NCBI GenBank assembly: GCA_965262115.1
Contig: OZ253496.1
Span: 1,440,001-1,504,000, forward strand
Direction: 5' to 3'
Length of the DNA: 64,000 bases
Source: Nitrospinales bacterium
Lineage (GTDB): Bacteria; Nitrospinota; Nitrospinia; Nitrospinales; VA-1
The translations under genes and the position numbers were made by a program. The notes beneath the pieces were generated by a model. It had not been told where the DNA came from, did no database searches, and was given only the letters and a program-made list of their open reading frames with translations. This document shows, one piece after another, positions 49,007-60,112 of this stretch. Within the stretch, counting starts at the first letter, position 1. Every line of letters begins with the position of its first letter.

Positions 49007-50014
49007 ATGGCTGTCCCGCTGATGCAAGCGTTGAAAATTGGGTCTTATGTCTTTCGGCAAAAATTAAAGGGCAACAAGCGTTATCCACTGGTGATGATGC
49101 TGGAGCCTTTATTCCGTTGCAATTTAGAGTGTATTGGTTGTGGAAAAATTCAAAAACCCAATGAAATATTGAAACAGAATATGACTCCGGAGCAGTGCTT
49201 TAAAGCCGCCAAAGAATGTGGCGCCCCTGTAGTTTCCATAGCGGGCGGCGAGCCCCTAATGCATCCGGAAATTGTGCAAATCGTTGAAGGCCTGATCGCT
49301 ATGAAGCGTTTTATTTATTTGTGCACCAACGCCATTCTGCTTAAAGATCATCTGGATCGATTGCCAGTAAGCCCTTATTTGACCCTTTCCGTTCATCTGG
49401 ATGGAATGGAAGAGGAGCATGATCGCATTGTTGATCAGAGGGGAACTTTCAACCTGGCCATCGAAGCGGTTCGAGAAGCGAAGCGAAAAGGATTCCGGGT
49501 TACCAGCGCCACCACCTTTTTCGAAGATACGACTGTAGAGATGGCGGAGGAATTTTTGGATTATTTAGCCCGTCTTGGGATAGACGGAGTGACCATGGCT
49601 TCGGCATTTCGTTACCCGGATGCTCCCGATCAGGATCATTTTTTCGGACGTCGGCGCACATTTGAATTTTTCGACAAATTGCTGGCGAAAAATAAAAAGG
49701 GCCGTTGGGATTTGAATCATTCGCCGCTTTATTTAGAGTTTTTGCGTGGGGAAAAGGATTACTCCTGTACGCCCTGGGGAAACCCGAATTATTCCGTGCT
49801 GGGTTGGCAGAAGCCCTGCTACCTTTTGGACGATGGTTATGCAGAAACTTATAAGGAATTGATGGAAACCACCGAGTGGGAAAACTACGGTCATCAAAAT
49901 AACCGGAAATGTGCGGATTGCACGGCTCATTGTGGTTATGAGGCGACAGCGGTTGAGGATGCGACATCCAATTTAAAGGGTATGTTTGATTCCGCTAAAG
50001 TGGTTTTTCAATAA
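49007..50014 (+). CDS. hpnH: Adenosyl-hopene transferase (radical SAM)
   Basis: LEPLFRCNLECIGCGKI, CTPWGNP, CADC.AHCGYE. Confidence 0.93.
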   Translation: MAVPLMQALKIGSYVFRQKLKGNKRYPLVMMLEPLFRCNLECIGCGKIQKPNEILKQNMTPEQCFKAAKECGAPVVSIAGGEPLMHPEIVQIVEGLIAMKRFIYLCTNAILLKDHLDRLPVSPYLTLSVHLDGMEEEHDRIVDQRGTFNLAIEAVREAKRKGFRVTSATTFFEDTTVEMAEEFLDYLARLGIDGVTMASAFRYPDAPDQDHFFGRRRTFEFFDKLLAKNKKGRWDLNHSPLYLEFLRGEKDYSCTPWGNPNYSVLGWQKPCYLLDDGYAETYKELMETTEWENYGHQNNRKCADCTAHCGYEATAVEDATSNLKGMFDSAKVVFQ

Positions 50015-50167
50015 CTACGAGGCGCAGGGCCGACTAGCAAGGGCTCGTTGAGCCGTCTATGTCTCCCGCTCGGCACTCGCTCCCGTGAGAAGGAACTGGG
50101 CAAAGGCTCATTAAGCCGAACTAACCTTCCATCCGCCAACAAAAGCTGTTGCTAATGGCCTCCCTCG

Positions 50168-50632
50168 CTAGAGGGTGGTTTTTTCATCGGTGTGGGCTTC
50201 TGCCAGTTGTTCGGGTGTGAGCCCTTCTGCCATTTTCAGGTTGGCCCCTTCGAGCCGGGCGTTTTTTATTTCGGCCTGCATGAAATCGGCACGGACAAGA
50301 TTAGCATTTTTTAGATCAGCATTTTTAAAGTTGGCCCACCGTAGGTTGGCTCCCCGCAAGTTGGCTCCCCGCAAGTTGGCGTTCTCAAGGTTGGCATTTT
50401 TTAAATAAGCTCCATACAGGTTTGCCCCTTCAAGGCTAGCGTTGCTAAGATCAGCACCCACCAGCACGGCCCCTTTTAAATGGCAGTCTTTCAGGTTTGC
50501 CGGTTCTCCATCACGGCCATCCGTTTTCAGCCAGGTTTTGTGGTTGGAAAGGATCGTCTTCAGTTCTGAGATGGAGCGTGTATTTGCTTTGGAAGTTTTG
50601 GAATCGGTATTGCTCATTCCGGTATTGTACAT
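50168..50632 (-). CDS. Pentapeptide repeat protein
   Basis: A(N/D)LxG repeats. Confidence 0.9.
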   Translation of the reverse strand: MYNTGMSNTDSKTSKANTRSISELKTILSNHKTWLKTDGRDGEPANLKDCHLKGAVLVGADLSNASLEGANLYGAYLKNANLENANLRGANLRGANLRWANFKNADLKNANLVRADFMQAEIKNARLEGANLKMAEGLTPEQLAEAHTDEKTTL

Positions 50633-50713
50633 CCGGAGAATTTAGGACTGCAAGTTTTCCTGTTGGAAAATTATGAAGCGGAAGGTTTCCCCCGCCTCAT
50701 TCCGAGCAAATTT

Positions 50714-51080
50714 TTACGAAGCCAATACTTTATTATAAAGTTCCTGGAACTTTAAATTACCAGGATCAGCCTGAAGTGCTTTTCCCATGGATTGCCTGGC
50801 CGATTCCTTGTTATTGATTTTGAGGTGGGTGTTGGCAAGCTGGTAATGCGCCTCCACATAAGACGGATTGATATTCAATGATTTTTGAAATGAGTCAATA
50901 GCCTTTTGCAACTTTCCTTCTGTTTAATAAAGGACTCCTAAATTGAAATGAGTGAGCATTCCATTTGTATCGACCTCCATGGACCCTAAAAGGATTTATT
51001 TAGCTTTTTTCAGATCGCCTTTTAAGCGATAGCTGTCTCCCAGATTGTTCGGGTAAGTTGAATTCGCCGGTTCATTTGTA
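50714..51080 (-). pseudogene. Fragmented TPR protein
   Basis: TPR ORF 50714-50911 plus upstream TPR-like fragments in other frames. Confidence 0.45.
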
Positions 51081-51202
51081 ATTTTTATCTTTTTTGGGCT
51101 TGGCCTTTGATTCTTTGTTACTTACTCTGTTGAGAAAGTCTTAGCCATTTGGTATAATTTTTAGCCGCCATATCTAAATAACTTTATAAAAGTTAAAAAC
51201 TT

Positions 51203-51997
51203 ATGAGCTTTTTGCCAGCCAGGACCCGGGTACCTAAAAAATGGTGTGGGGCTGTAATTTGTATGCTCGTATTTATGTTTTCTGTAGGTTGCGCCACCAC
51301 CGAACGGCTGCCGAATGAAAATAAAACTTTGGCGCAGAAAAAATTCAAGGAGGCCCTGCAGGCAGGCTCCTTGAATCAGCAGGATAAAATGGTGGTCTTG
51401 CTTAAAGAAGCCCTGGAGCTGGATCCTGTGGATTCGAAACTCCATTTTTTCCTGGGCCGGGCTTATTTTGTACAGGGAGATATCGAACAAGCAGAACAGG
51501 AGTATTTAATAAGCATCAAATTAAACAATAATTTGAAGGACGCCTATCGGAAGCTGGGTTTGATTTACATGCAGAAGGGGCAGTGGGAAAAGGCGATTCG
51601 CTACTTTCGGGAAGACCTGGCGCGACCTGGAACCCCGCAACCCCAACAGATTTATAATTGGATCGCGCTGTGTTTTTATAATCTTGGAAAAAAGAATGAA
51701 GCGGAAGTCGAGTGGGAAAGAGCTCTTGACCTAAAAGATAATGCGGGAATTCGGCTTAACCTGGCCTTGGCTTATATTAATCAGGAGCGTTTTGATCAAG
51801 CTAAGGACTCTTTACAAAAGGCTCTGGCTCTCAAGCCGCGTTTTTCTCAAGCCCATTTTGAGTTGGGACAATTATATTTAAAGGAAGAAAAAAAAGACAA
51901 GGCAGTGAATCATTTTAAAAAAGTGATTCTTTATTCCCCCAGAGGGAACCTGGCTAAAAAATCCAAAGAATATATAACATTGGTTTATCCGGAATAA
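51203..51997 (+). CDS. TPR lipoprotein, PilF/PilW-like
   Basis: SVGC lipobox, TPR repeats, upstream of rodZ-like and pilT genes. Confidence 0.7.
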   Translation: MSFLPARTRVPKKWCGAVICMLVFMFSVGCATTERLPNENKTLAQKKFKEALQAGSLNQQDKMVVLLKEALELDPVDSKLHFFLGRAYFVQGDIEQAEQEYLISIKLNNNLKDAYRKLGLIYMQKGQWEKAIRYFREDLARPGTPQPQQIYNWIALCFYNLGKKNEAEVEWERALDLKDNAGIRLNLALAYINQERFDQAKDSLQKALALKPRFSQAHFELGQLYLKEEKKDKAVNHFKKVILYSPRGNLAKKSKEYITLVYPE

Positions 51998-52000
51998 AAA

Positions 52001-52924
52001 ATGATGGTTGAAAACTTTGGTTCTTATTTAAAACATGAACGCGAATTAAGGGGGGTGCCTCTGGAATAAATATCCAGGGCCACCAAAATTCATATTCGTT
52101 TTCTTAAGGCTCTTGAAGACAACTCTTTTGATGAACTTCCGGGGGAAGTTTTTATTAAAGGATATATCCGGTCCTATGCCAACATCATCGGTTCGGATGT
52201 TGAGGAAATGCTCAATATCTATAAAGAATCTGTGGAGTTCAAAAATCAGTAAAATATCCCCATCAAAATACCTTCTGTTAAAACACGGTCCAAAACCCTT
52301 TTGACATTTGGCCTGTTGATGCTGGTGGTTGTCGGTCTCTTGTTTTGGGTGGGAATCCTGATAAAAAAAAGGGGCGACCCGGAGCAGGTAAAAGTCCCTT
52401 CAATGCAAGAGCAAGAGGAGATAACTATATCGAAGCCTCCAATAAGTTCCGATATTTCCGAAAACCGGATTGTGGAAGAAAATATGGATGTTCAGGAAGC
52501 GGGCTCTGCCGAGCCTGAGACCTCTGCATTATCCGTCAATCTGTCTGATCAACTTGCCGAAGAACTGGACGAGAAAAAAGTCTTATCCCCCGAAGAGCCG
52601 ATCGAACTGAACGCACAGACCTCAAGTGCTTCACGGGCTGCTCCGAGTCCTCAAAATCCCGAGGGCGTGGAAAAATCTTTAAAACTTACAATTCGGGCAA
52701 AGTAAAATTCGTGGTTTAATATGACCATTGATGGTTTCAGGGATGAGGATTTTATTCTCCCCGCAGGCACCGCAAAGACCTTCTGGGCTAATGAAGCCTT
52801 TCGGTTGACGGTGGGGAATAAGACAGGAGTGGAGTTATTGTTAAACGGCAAGGTCTTAGCTTTGCCGGAAAGTGAAGACAGCGTGGTCAAGGGCTTTATT
52901 ATTAACTCTAAGCTGGTAGAGTGA
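52001..52924 (+). pseudogene. RodZ-like HTH/TM/DUF4115 protein with three in-frame TAA codons
   Basis: FG.YLKHERELRG..L, LPGEVFIKGYIRSYA; stops at 52067, 52250 and 52703 all in one frame. Confidence 0.85.
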
Positions 52925-52927
52925 ACC

Positions 52928-54001
52928 GTGGCTAAAATTGATGCCTTCCTCAAGCTGATGAATGAACAGGGAGCTTCAGACCTGCACCTTGTTTCCGGTT
53001 CGCAACCCATACTCCGAGTTCATGGAGACATGGAGCGAATCAAATACAAAGTGCTGGAAAATGATGAACTGAAAGCGATGCTGTATGAAATTGCCCCGGA
53101 AAACAAGATCAAGGTTTTTGAAGAAACCGGAGATGTGGATTTCGCCTATGAAATTCCCAATCTGGCCCGTTACCGGGCGAATTATTTTCAGCAGAAATGG
53201 GGTGTCGGAGCGGTTTTCAGGGAAATTCCAAGCACAATTCTGACTTCCGAACAACTGGAGCTTCCCAAAGTCATTACAAAACTTTCCATGTTGCATAAGG
53301 GAATGGTTCTGGTCACCGGGCCTACGGGAAGCGGCAAATCCACAACACTTGCCGCTATGATGGACTACGTTAACAAAAATAAGAAAAGCCATATCATTAC
53401 TATTGAAGACCCGATTGAGTTTGTTCATAAAAACCAAAGTTGTATTGTCAATCACCGGGAAGTGGGGGTGCACACACAAGGGTTTAAGTCCGCCCTGCGC
53501 GGAGCCTTGCGCGAAGACCCGGATCTCATTCTCGTTGGCGAGATGCGGGATCTGGAAACCATTGAGCTGGCCTTGGAAGCTGCTTCCACGGGCCATTTGG
53601 TTTTTGGTACGCTTCACACTCAGAGCGCGGCAAAAACCGTTGACCGAGTTATCGATGTTTTCCCGGCGCACCAACAGCCGCAAATTCGCACCACCCTTTC
53701 TGAATCCTTGAAAGGAGTCATAGCTCAGAATCTGTTCAAACGCGTCGATAAAAAAGGCAGAACGGCAATACTGGAAATCATGGTAGTAACTTCGGCGGTT
53801 TCCAACCTGATTCGTGAGGGCAAGACCTTTCAAATTCCTTCGGCAATCCAGACGGGGAAAAAATATGGCATGCAGTCATTGGACGATGCCATTCTTGTAG
53901 CTTTGGAAGAGAAAAAAATCAGCCCCGAAGATGCTTACGACAAGGCCATTGTTAAAGAGAGGTTTGTTCAGTTTTTAAAAACACCGCCAGATTTTTTATG
54001 A
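52928..54001 (+). CDS. pilT: Type IV pilus retraction ATPase
   Basis: GPTGSGKST, EDPIE, GEMRD, GTLHT. Confidence 0.93.
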   Translation: MAKIDAFLKLMNEQGASDLHLVSGSQPILRVHGDMERIKYKVLENDELKAMLYEIAPENKIKVFEETGDVDFAYEIPNLARYRANYFQQKWGVGAVFREIPSTILTSEQLELPKVITKLSMLHKGMVLVTGPTGSGKSTTLAAMMDYVNKNKKSHIITIEDPIEFVHKNQSCIVNHREVGVHTQGFKSALRGALREDPDLILVGEMRDLETIELALEAASTGHLVFGTLHTQSAAKTVDRVIDVFPAHQQPQIRTTLSESLKGVIAQNLFKRVDKKGRTAILEIMVVTSAVSNLIREGKTFQIPSAIQTGKKYGMQSLDDAILVALEEKKISPEDAYDKAIVKERFVQFLKTPPDFL

Positions 54002-54008
54002 GTGACCT

Positions 54009-55181
54009 ATGAGAAAAGCGGAAGTTGATCATATTTTGACCACCATGCTGGAGGCGTTCGGAGATATTTCCGATCTTAATATCACGGTGGGAAAACCCTG
54101 CCAGGTAGAGTCGTCGGGGCGATTGACGGCGGTTCCCATAGAACCTCCCATCGAGGAGTTCACACCTTTCCAGGCAGAAATATTTGCCTTGAATCTGATC
54201 AACGCGGATAGAAGACTAACAGAAATTTTAATCCAGCAAGGTTCCTGCGATTGTTCCTATTTTCTGGTGGGCAAAGCCCGGTTCCGTGTGAATATATTTT
54301 CACAGCGCGGAAATTATACTATCATATTGAAAAAACTGGAGGCACGAATACCCTCCATTGAGGACTTGAAACTTCCGGGCCAGCTTGCCAAAGCCGCCGA
54401 AGAAAAACATGGCCTTATCCTGGTTGCAGGGGCGACCGGAAGCGATAAATCGACCACGCTTGCCGCGTTGTTGAATAAAATGAACGAGGAAAAATCCATT
54501 CACATCATTACCCTGGAAGATCCCGTGGAATTTGTGCACCCCCATAAAAAAGCTACCTTTAACCAGCGGGAATTGGGAAACGATTATGACGCATTCTCCA
54601 GCGGACTTCGGGCTGCCCTTCGTCAAGCACCCAAGGTTATTCTGGTTGGGCAAATGCGTGACCTGGAAACGCTAGAGATCGGTCTTAGCGCGGTGGAAAC
54701 CGGCCATTTGGTCATGAGTGCTCTGCATGCTGTTGATGTCGGGCAAACCATCAACCGCATTGTAGGCATGTTTCCCCAGGAAGAGGAACAGCAAATACGC
54801 ATTCGTCTGGCAGACGCTGTTCGCTGGATCATTTGTCAACGTTTGCTTCCCAAAGTGGGTGGGGGTCGGGTGGCTCTGCTTGAGATTATGTCTTCCAATA
54901 TGCGGGTGAAAGACACCATCATCAATGGCGAATCCGAAGGCAAAACTTATTACGAAATCATTACCAACGGTGACGTATATGGCATGTGGACTTTCGATCA
55001 ACATATATTGAAAATTTATCAGGAGGGTCTCATCACAGAAGAAACCGCTATGGCATATGCTTCCCGCAAGGCTATAGTCGGGCGTGGCATTGACACCCTC
55101 AAATCGGCTAAAGGAGAAAAAACAACCTATATTGAGGGGCTTGATATGGACGATGAGTATGGGGCTCAAGTTAAAAAATAA
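54009..55181 (+). CDS. PilT/PilU paralogue with degenerate catalytic motifs
   Basis: GATGSDKST, VGQMRD, SALHA. Confidence 0.85.
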   Translation: MRKAEVDHILTTMLEAFGDISDLNITVGKPCQVESSGRLTAVPIEPPIEEFTPFQAEIFALNLINADRRLTEILIQQGSCDCSYFLVGKARFRVNIFSQRGNYTIILKKLEARIPSIEDLKLPGQLAKAAEEKHGLILVAGATGSDKSTTLAALLNKMNEEKSIHIITLEDPVEFVHPHKKATFNQRELGNDYDAFSSGLRAALRQAPKVILVGQMRDLETLEIGLSAVETGHLVMSALHAVDVGQTINRIVGMFPQEEEQQIRIRLADAVRWIICQRLLPKVGGGRVALLEIMSSNMRVKDTIINGESEGKTYYEIITNGDVYGMWTFDQHILKIYQEGLITEETAMAYASRKAIVGRGIDTLKSAKGEKTTYIEGLDMDDEYGAQVKK

Positions 55182-55197
55182 TAAGGGATGGACCAAG

Positions 55198-55863
55198 ATG
55201 CAAGTAGTGTGCGATGAGTGTCAGCGTTCCATGAACATTCCGGATGATAAGTTGCCGAAGGACTAGGCCTTCTCCATCACTTGCCCGGGATGCAAAAACA
55301 AGATTAAGGTAGATCAGCACCTGAAAACCCCGGAACCGCCAACACCCTCCAAACCCGAAGAGGTGCTGGACGCGCCGGGCATGGTCGTGGAGCACGAAGA
55401 ATTTGAAGATGATGACGAACTGGTTATTTATGAGGAAGGTGATCAGCTGGCGTTGGTGTTGGATGAAAAAAACCAGTCTGCCTGGACCAAGGTGTTGGAA
55501 AACAAGGATTATAAAATTCAATACGCCAAATCACCCGAACATGCAGTACATAAAATGAAGTTTACCCACTTCCATTTTGTTGTCTTGCATGAAAACTATG
55601 GAGGCAAGGGTCTGGAAAACAACGTTGTTTATAAAACCCTGATCGAATTGCCTATGGTGGCCCGAAGGAACATTTTTTTTGCGTTGCCGGGGACGAACTT
55701 TAAGACCCTGAATAATAAGCAGGCCTTTCAGAAAAGTGCCAATATCGTGATCAACGAAAAAGACATGGATAAGTTGGGAGATATTTTGAAGAAATCGATT
55801 TCCGAAAATGAAATATTTTATAAGGTATTCAAAGAAGCTCTTCACTCTATGGGGAAAGCATGA
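55198..55863 (+). pseudogene. MJ0042-type zinc-ribbon protein with in-frame TAG at 55264-55266
   Basis: MQVVCDEC...LPKD*AFSITCPGC continues in frame into ORF 55363-55863. Confidence 0.75.
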
Positions 55864-56019
55864 AGCTGCAAGACACACCGATTCACCATCATTCCAGCAT
55901 TGGTAGAGCGCCTGAGGATCACAACTCATTTTCTGACACGCATTGGACTGGAGCTTGAAAGTACAAAAAATAAAATTAACTCTTATACTTTAAAACAACA
56001 GGAATAGGCCAAATAACTT

Positions 56020-57219
56020 ATGCCTACTTTTACCTACAAAGCGCGGGTCCGGGGCAAAATGCAATCCGGAGAAGTGGAAGCGGAAGACGAAAAGGCCGCG
56101 ATCTCTAAGCTGAAATTGAAGAAAATTCGTGTTACCACCGTCAAGGGAAAAGGGGGTGGAAGCGCTTTATTTGGGCCCAAAGTCCATAAAATCACCACCC
56201 GCGACGTGGTTATTTTTACCCGGACGTTTTCCACCATGGTCGATGCCGGGCTTCCTTTGGTCCAATGTTTGGACATTCTTGGCAAGCAGTCTGACAATCC
56301 TACATTGGGGGAAAAGATTTTAAGCGTCAAGGCAAATATTGAAGCCGGGAACAACCTGTCGGATTCCCTGAAAAAACATCCAAAGATTTGGGACTCGCTA
56401 TACTGCAACCTGGTTGAAGCGGGAGAAGTGGGTGGAATCCTGGACATCATCCTCAGGCGTCTGGCAGCGTATATTGAAAAAGCGGAAAAGTTAAAGAAGA
56501 AAATAAAAACCGCGATGGTTTATCCAGGAGCCATTATGACGGTAGCTTTTGTCGTCGTAGCGTTTTTAATGGTCTTTGTTATCCCGTCGTTTGCCTCGGT
56601 ATTTGCAGGGGGAGGCCAGGAACTACCGGGACCCACACAGATCGTTATGGATGTCAGCGACTTCTTCAGAGACCAGTGGTGGGTCATGATAGGTGGGGCG
56701 GCTGCTTTTATCTTTATCTTTAAAAAAGTTTACGCCACCGAGCGGGGAAATATTGAAATAGATCGGATTGCTTTAAAACTCCCTGTGTTTGGAGATTTAA
56801 TTAAAAAGGTTTCGGTAGCAAAATTTACCCGGACACTGGGAACCCTGATATCAAGCGGCGTGCCTTTGATCGAAGCTTTGGATATTTGCGCACGTACTTC
56901 GGGAAATAAAATTGTGGAACAGGCCGTGTTCAAAACCATTGAGTCTATCAAGGAAGGTGAATCGATCGCCGCCCCTCTTTCGCGGGAAGATGTTTTTCCT
57001 CCTATGGTTGTTCAAATGATTGACGTTGGGGAAGCCTCGGGCTCCCTCGACAAAATGCTGACTAAAATCGCAGACTTCTATGACGAAGAAGTTGATGCTG
57101 CGGTTGACGGTCTAACGACCCTGATGGAACCCGCGCTCATGGTCTTCCTGGGCATTGTAATCGGATTTATTGTGATTGCCATGTACTTACCCATATTTAA
57201 AATGGGAGACGCTGTTTAG
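56020..57219 (+). CDS. pilC: Type IV pilus platform protein
   Basis: Two T2SSF domains; AGEVGGILD; AMYLPIF. Confidence 0.93.
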   Translation: MPTFTYKARVRGKMQSGEVEAEDEKAAISKLKLKKIRVTTVKGKGGGSALFGPKVHKITTRDVVIFTRTFSTMVDAGLPLVQCLDILGKQSDNPTLGEKILSVKANIEAGNNLSDSLKKHPKIWDSLYCNLVEAGEVGGILDIILRRLAAYIEKAEKLKKKIKTAMVYPGAIMTVAFVVVAFLMVFVIPSFASVFAGGGQELPGPTQIVMDVSDFFRDQWWVMIGGAAAFIFIFKKVYATERGNIEIDRIALKLPVFGDLIKKVSVAKFTRTLGTLISSGVPLIEALDICARTSGNKIVEQAVFKTIESIKEGESIAAPLSREDVFPPMVVQMIDVGEASGSLDKMLTKIADFYDEEVDAAVDGLTTLMEPALMVFLGIVIGFIVIAMYLPIFKMGDAV

Positions 57220-57255
57220 ACGAAGATTAAATTCGTTGGCGGATCCGGCCGCGCT

Positions 57256-58956
57256 ATGACACGCGAAATCCACAATCAGGATCAGGAATTAGAGCAGCGA
57301 GTCAGAAGAATAATGCTCTTAAGGGTTTTCTTTTTGACCGGGTTTGTGGCCCTGTTGCTTGCCTTTCAAGAGAGTTTGGGAATCACCGCACCCATAGAAC
57401 CTCTCTGCATGGTTATTGGGGTGGGGTTTTTCATGTCCCTGATTTATGCGGTTCTTTTCAGATTTTTGACTTTGGCGGAAAACGCTTCGCTTCAGGTTGT
57501 GGGAGACTTGCTTCTGGTGGGCGGCATTCTCTTCACCACAGGGGGTATTGACAGCCCCATTTCCTTACTTTTCTTATTTGTAATTATTGCATCCAGTGTC
57601 ACTCTGCCCAGAGCCGCAGCCTATCTGGCGGCATCGGGCGCCATTATCATTTATGGAGTGCTGGTGGATCTGGAGTATTTTGGCATCATTACTCCGGTTT
57701 ATTTGTTTCCAGAATCGAAGGTGTCTTTTGCAAGCGGTTATGTTTTTTATGTAATTTTTTTAAACATTGTTTCCTATTATACGGTGGCTTACCTCAGCAG
57801 TTTTCTCTCGCATCGACTGCGAATGGTTAAAGAGAAACTGGCTCGCGCAAGTATCAATCTGGAAGAGCAAAGGGCTTTCAACCGGGACATTATACAGAAC
57901 ATGGGAAATGGGTTGATCACCACTAACCTGGAAGGCAGGGTCACATCCATCAACCCTGCCGCGAGAGTTCTGACGGGTTATTCTGTTGAAGCGAGCCTGG
58001 AGAATCCCATTCGGCGGTTGATACCTTTAGCCGAATTGAAAAACCTGTTTTCCAAAGATTTAACACTTGTTTTTCCAAAACAGATTGAAGGGGAATACCA
58101 ACGAAAAGACGGAAGGATCATTTTTATCCGGATAAAAATCAGCCATCTTGCTGACCTCAATGAACCGGGATTCATTCTGGTATTTGAAGATCTCACCGAA
58201 GTAAAAGAAATGCAGGAAAAGGTTTTGAGGACAGAACAGTTAGCGGCGGTGGGAAGGTTTTCAGCAGGGCTTGCCCACGAAATCAGAAACCCGCTGACTT
58301 CACTGAGCGGTTCCATTCAGGTGCTGGCAAGAGGTCTTAAACTTGAAGACGCCTATAAAAAACTCATGGAAATAGTGATGAAGGAAACGGATCGTCTGAA
58401 TAGCATTCTTTCAGATTTTCTCAACTATTCCCAACCCAAAAAAAGCAATAATACCATTATAGATTTGACTCAACTTGTTCAGGATGTAATCATCCTGTTA
58501 AAGAATAAAGAGGCCTTGAGCTCTAAAAAACAGATTGTTTTCAAAGGAACGACTGACCATTTGATCCTGCATGGAGATGAGGAACAAATTAAACAGGTTG
58601 TGTGGAATTTGTGTATCAATGCTTTGGAAGCGATGTCCCAGGGAACCCTGACCTTGTCGCTTAAGGAGGTTTTTTCATTCCGGAGCGGAGAGTTTCAAGC
58701 TAATCACCGCGGCATGGTTCTTGAGGTCCAAGATGAGGGTTGTGGCATTGCCTCGGATCAGATCAATAATATTTATGATCCTTTCTATTCCAGTAAGAAA
58801 GATGGAGTCGGCTTAGGACTGGCAACCGCATATCAAATCGTCAACCGACACGGAGGGATTATGGATGTCGAAAGCACCCCCGGTACAGGAACTTTATTCA
58901 CGGTTTTTTTCCCCGATCAGGAAAGTGAAAAACCTGTCCCCTTGTCTTCCCATTAG
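57256..58956 (+). CDS. pilS: PilS-like sensor histidine kinase
   Basis: Six transmembrane segments, PAS, AHEIRNPL, GVGLGLA; follows pilC. Confidence 0.8.
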   Translation: MTREIHNQDQELEQRVRRIMLLRVFFLTGFVALLLAFQESLGITAPIEPLCMVIGVGFFMSLIYAVLFRFLTLAENASLQVVGDLLLVGGILFTTGGIDSPISLLFLFVIIASSVTLPRAAAYLAASGAIIIYGVLVDLEYFGIITPVYLFPESKVSFASGYVFYVIFLNIVSYYTVAYLSSFLSHRLRMVKEKLARASINLEEQRAFNRDIIQNMGNGLITTNLEGRVTSINPAARVLTGYSVEASLENPIRRLIPLAELKNLFSKDLTLVFPKQIEGEYQRKDGRIIFIRIKISHLADLNEPGFILVFEDLTEVKEMQEKVLRTEQLAAVGRFSAGLAHEIRNPLTSLSGSIQVLARGLKLEDAYKKLMEIVMKETDRLNSILSDFLNYSQPKKSNNTIIDLTQLVQDVIILLKNKEALSSKKQIVFKGTTDHLILHGDEEQIKQVVWNLCINALEAMSQGTLTLSLKEVFSFRSGEFQANHRGMVLEVQDEGCGIASDQINNIYDPFYSSKKDGVGLGLATAYQIVNRHGGIMDVESTPGTGTLFTVFFPDQESEKPVPLSSH

Positions 58957-59030
58957 TATTAAAAAATTCTAAAAAGGAAATCGATCATGTCAGGAGAGGG
59001 ACCCATAAAAATAACCGACACTACCCCTAA

Positions 59031-59897
59031 ATGGAGAACAGTTTCTTGAAAGCTTTAAATATCCTGGCCGGGTTGATAATGGTTCTTTTTTTATCAGGAT
59101 GTGCCACCCACCTGCAAAAAAATACTCCTGAAAATATGGTTTTCATTGCCGAAGGACCCTTTACCATGGGTTTTGTTATAGAAAATGATAATGAATGGGG
59201 AGATATGGATGAAGACCCGGTTCATGAAGTTACGCTCAGCGCTTACTGGATGGATAAATATGAGGTCACGAGTGCTGACTTCGCCGAATTTCTTAACTCT
59301 CACCAAGGTTCTGCCCGGCAGTTCATGGAAATCACTCCAAGCGTTACGGTTGAGTTTGTAGAGGGAAAATACCAACCCCGGACCGGGCTGGAGAACCTGC
59401 CTGTTAACCGGGTCTCCTGGCATGGTGCCGATGCCTATTGCCAGTGGAAAGACAAACGCCTGCCTACTGAAGCAGAATGGGAAAAGGCTGCAAGAGGAAC
59501 CGACCAGAGAATTTTTCCCTGGGGAAACGAATTTCCCGACAATAGCCGCGTCACTTTTCGGCGTAAATTTTCTAAACTGGGTTTTGAAGTGATGGAACTG
59601 GTAGATAGTATGAGCCAGGGGGTTTCCCCTTATGGAATCCATCACATGGCGGGTAATGTCTGGGAGTGGGTTGCCGACTGGTTTGGTGGAGGAACCTATG
59701 AAGATCGCGAATCCAAAGATCCTAAAGGCCCTGAAACCGGAATCAGCAAGGTATTACGGGGGGGCAATTGGTATTACAAGGCCTACTATTTGAGAACTAC
59801 CTACCGCTTTAACGAACGGCCCGATCAATTCAATATTTGGCAAGGATTCCGCTGCGCCTGGCCAGCGACCGGTGGCAAAAAACTTCCCCCCCTTTAA
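59031..59897 (+). CDS. Formylglycine-generating enzyme (SUMF1) family lipoprotein
   Basis: RLPTEAEWEKAARG, MAGNVWEW. Confidence 0.9.
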   Translation: MENSFLKALNILAGLIMVLFLSGCATHLQKNTPENMVFIAEGPFTMGFVIENDNEWGDMDEDPVHEVTLSAYWMDKYEVTSADFAEFLNSHQGSARQFMEITPSVTVEFVEGKYQPRTGLENLPVNRVSWHGADAYCQWKDKRLPTEAEWEKAARGTDQRIFPWGNEFPDNSRVTFRRKFSKLGFEVMELVDSMSQGVSPYGIHHMAGNVWEWVADWFGGGTYEDRESKDPKGPETGISKVLRGGNWYYKAYYLRTTYRFNERPDQFNIWQGFRCAWPATGGKKLPPL

Positions 59898-60028
59898 GGA
59901 GACCTTTGCATAAGTCGAAAAAAACAGAAAAGCGAGATTCTTCACTGCGTTCAGAATGACAATACAAGGCTGTTTTGTCATTCTGAGGAACAAAGTGACG
60001 AAGAATCTCGGGTTATGCAAAGCTCTCC
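59898..60028. mobile_element. MITE with terminal inverted repeats and an internal palindrome pair
   Basis: GGAGACCTTTGCATAA ... TTATGCAAAGCTCTCC; homologous to 21801-22028. Confidence 0.8.
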
Positions 60029-60112
60029 CTGATAAAGGGGGACTGAGGGGAGTTGGGTTTTCCTGTTTTCGGGTAATGCAGTGTTCCCTACACGGTTAGT
60101 TCTGTTCTGGTC

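Noticed and set aside
52001..52924. Genome-wide stop-codon reassignment (TAA=Glu, TAG=Gln, TGA=Trp)
   Set aside because: All three stops end conserved housekeeping genes normally (dnaA TAA, gyrB TAG, dnaX TGA); internal stops occur only in accessory genes.
52976..53833. 285-aa minus-strand ORF
   Set aside because: Antisense shadow of pilT.
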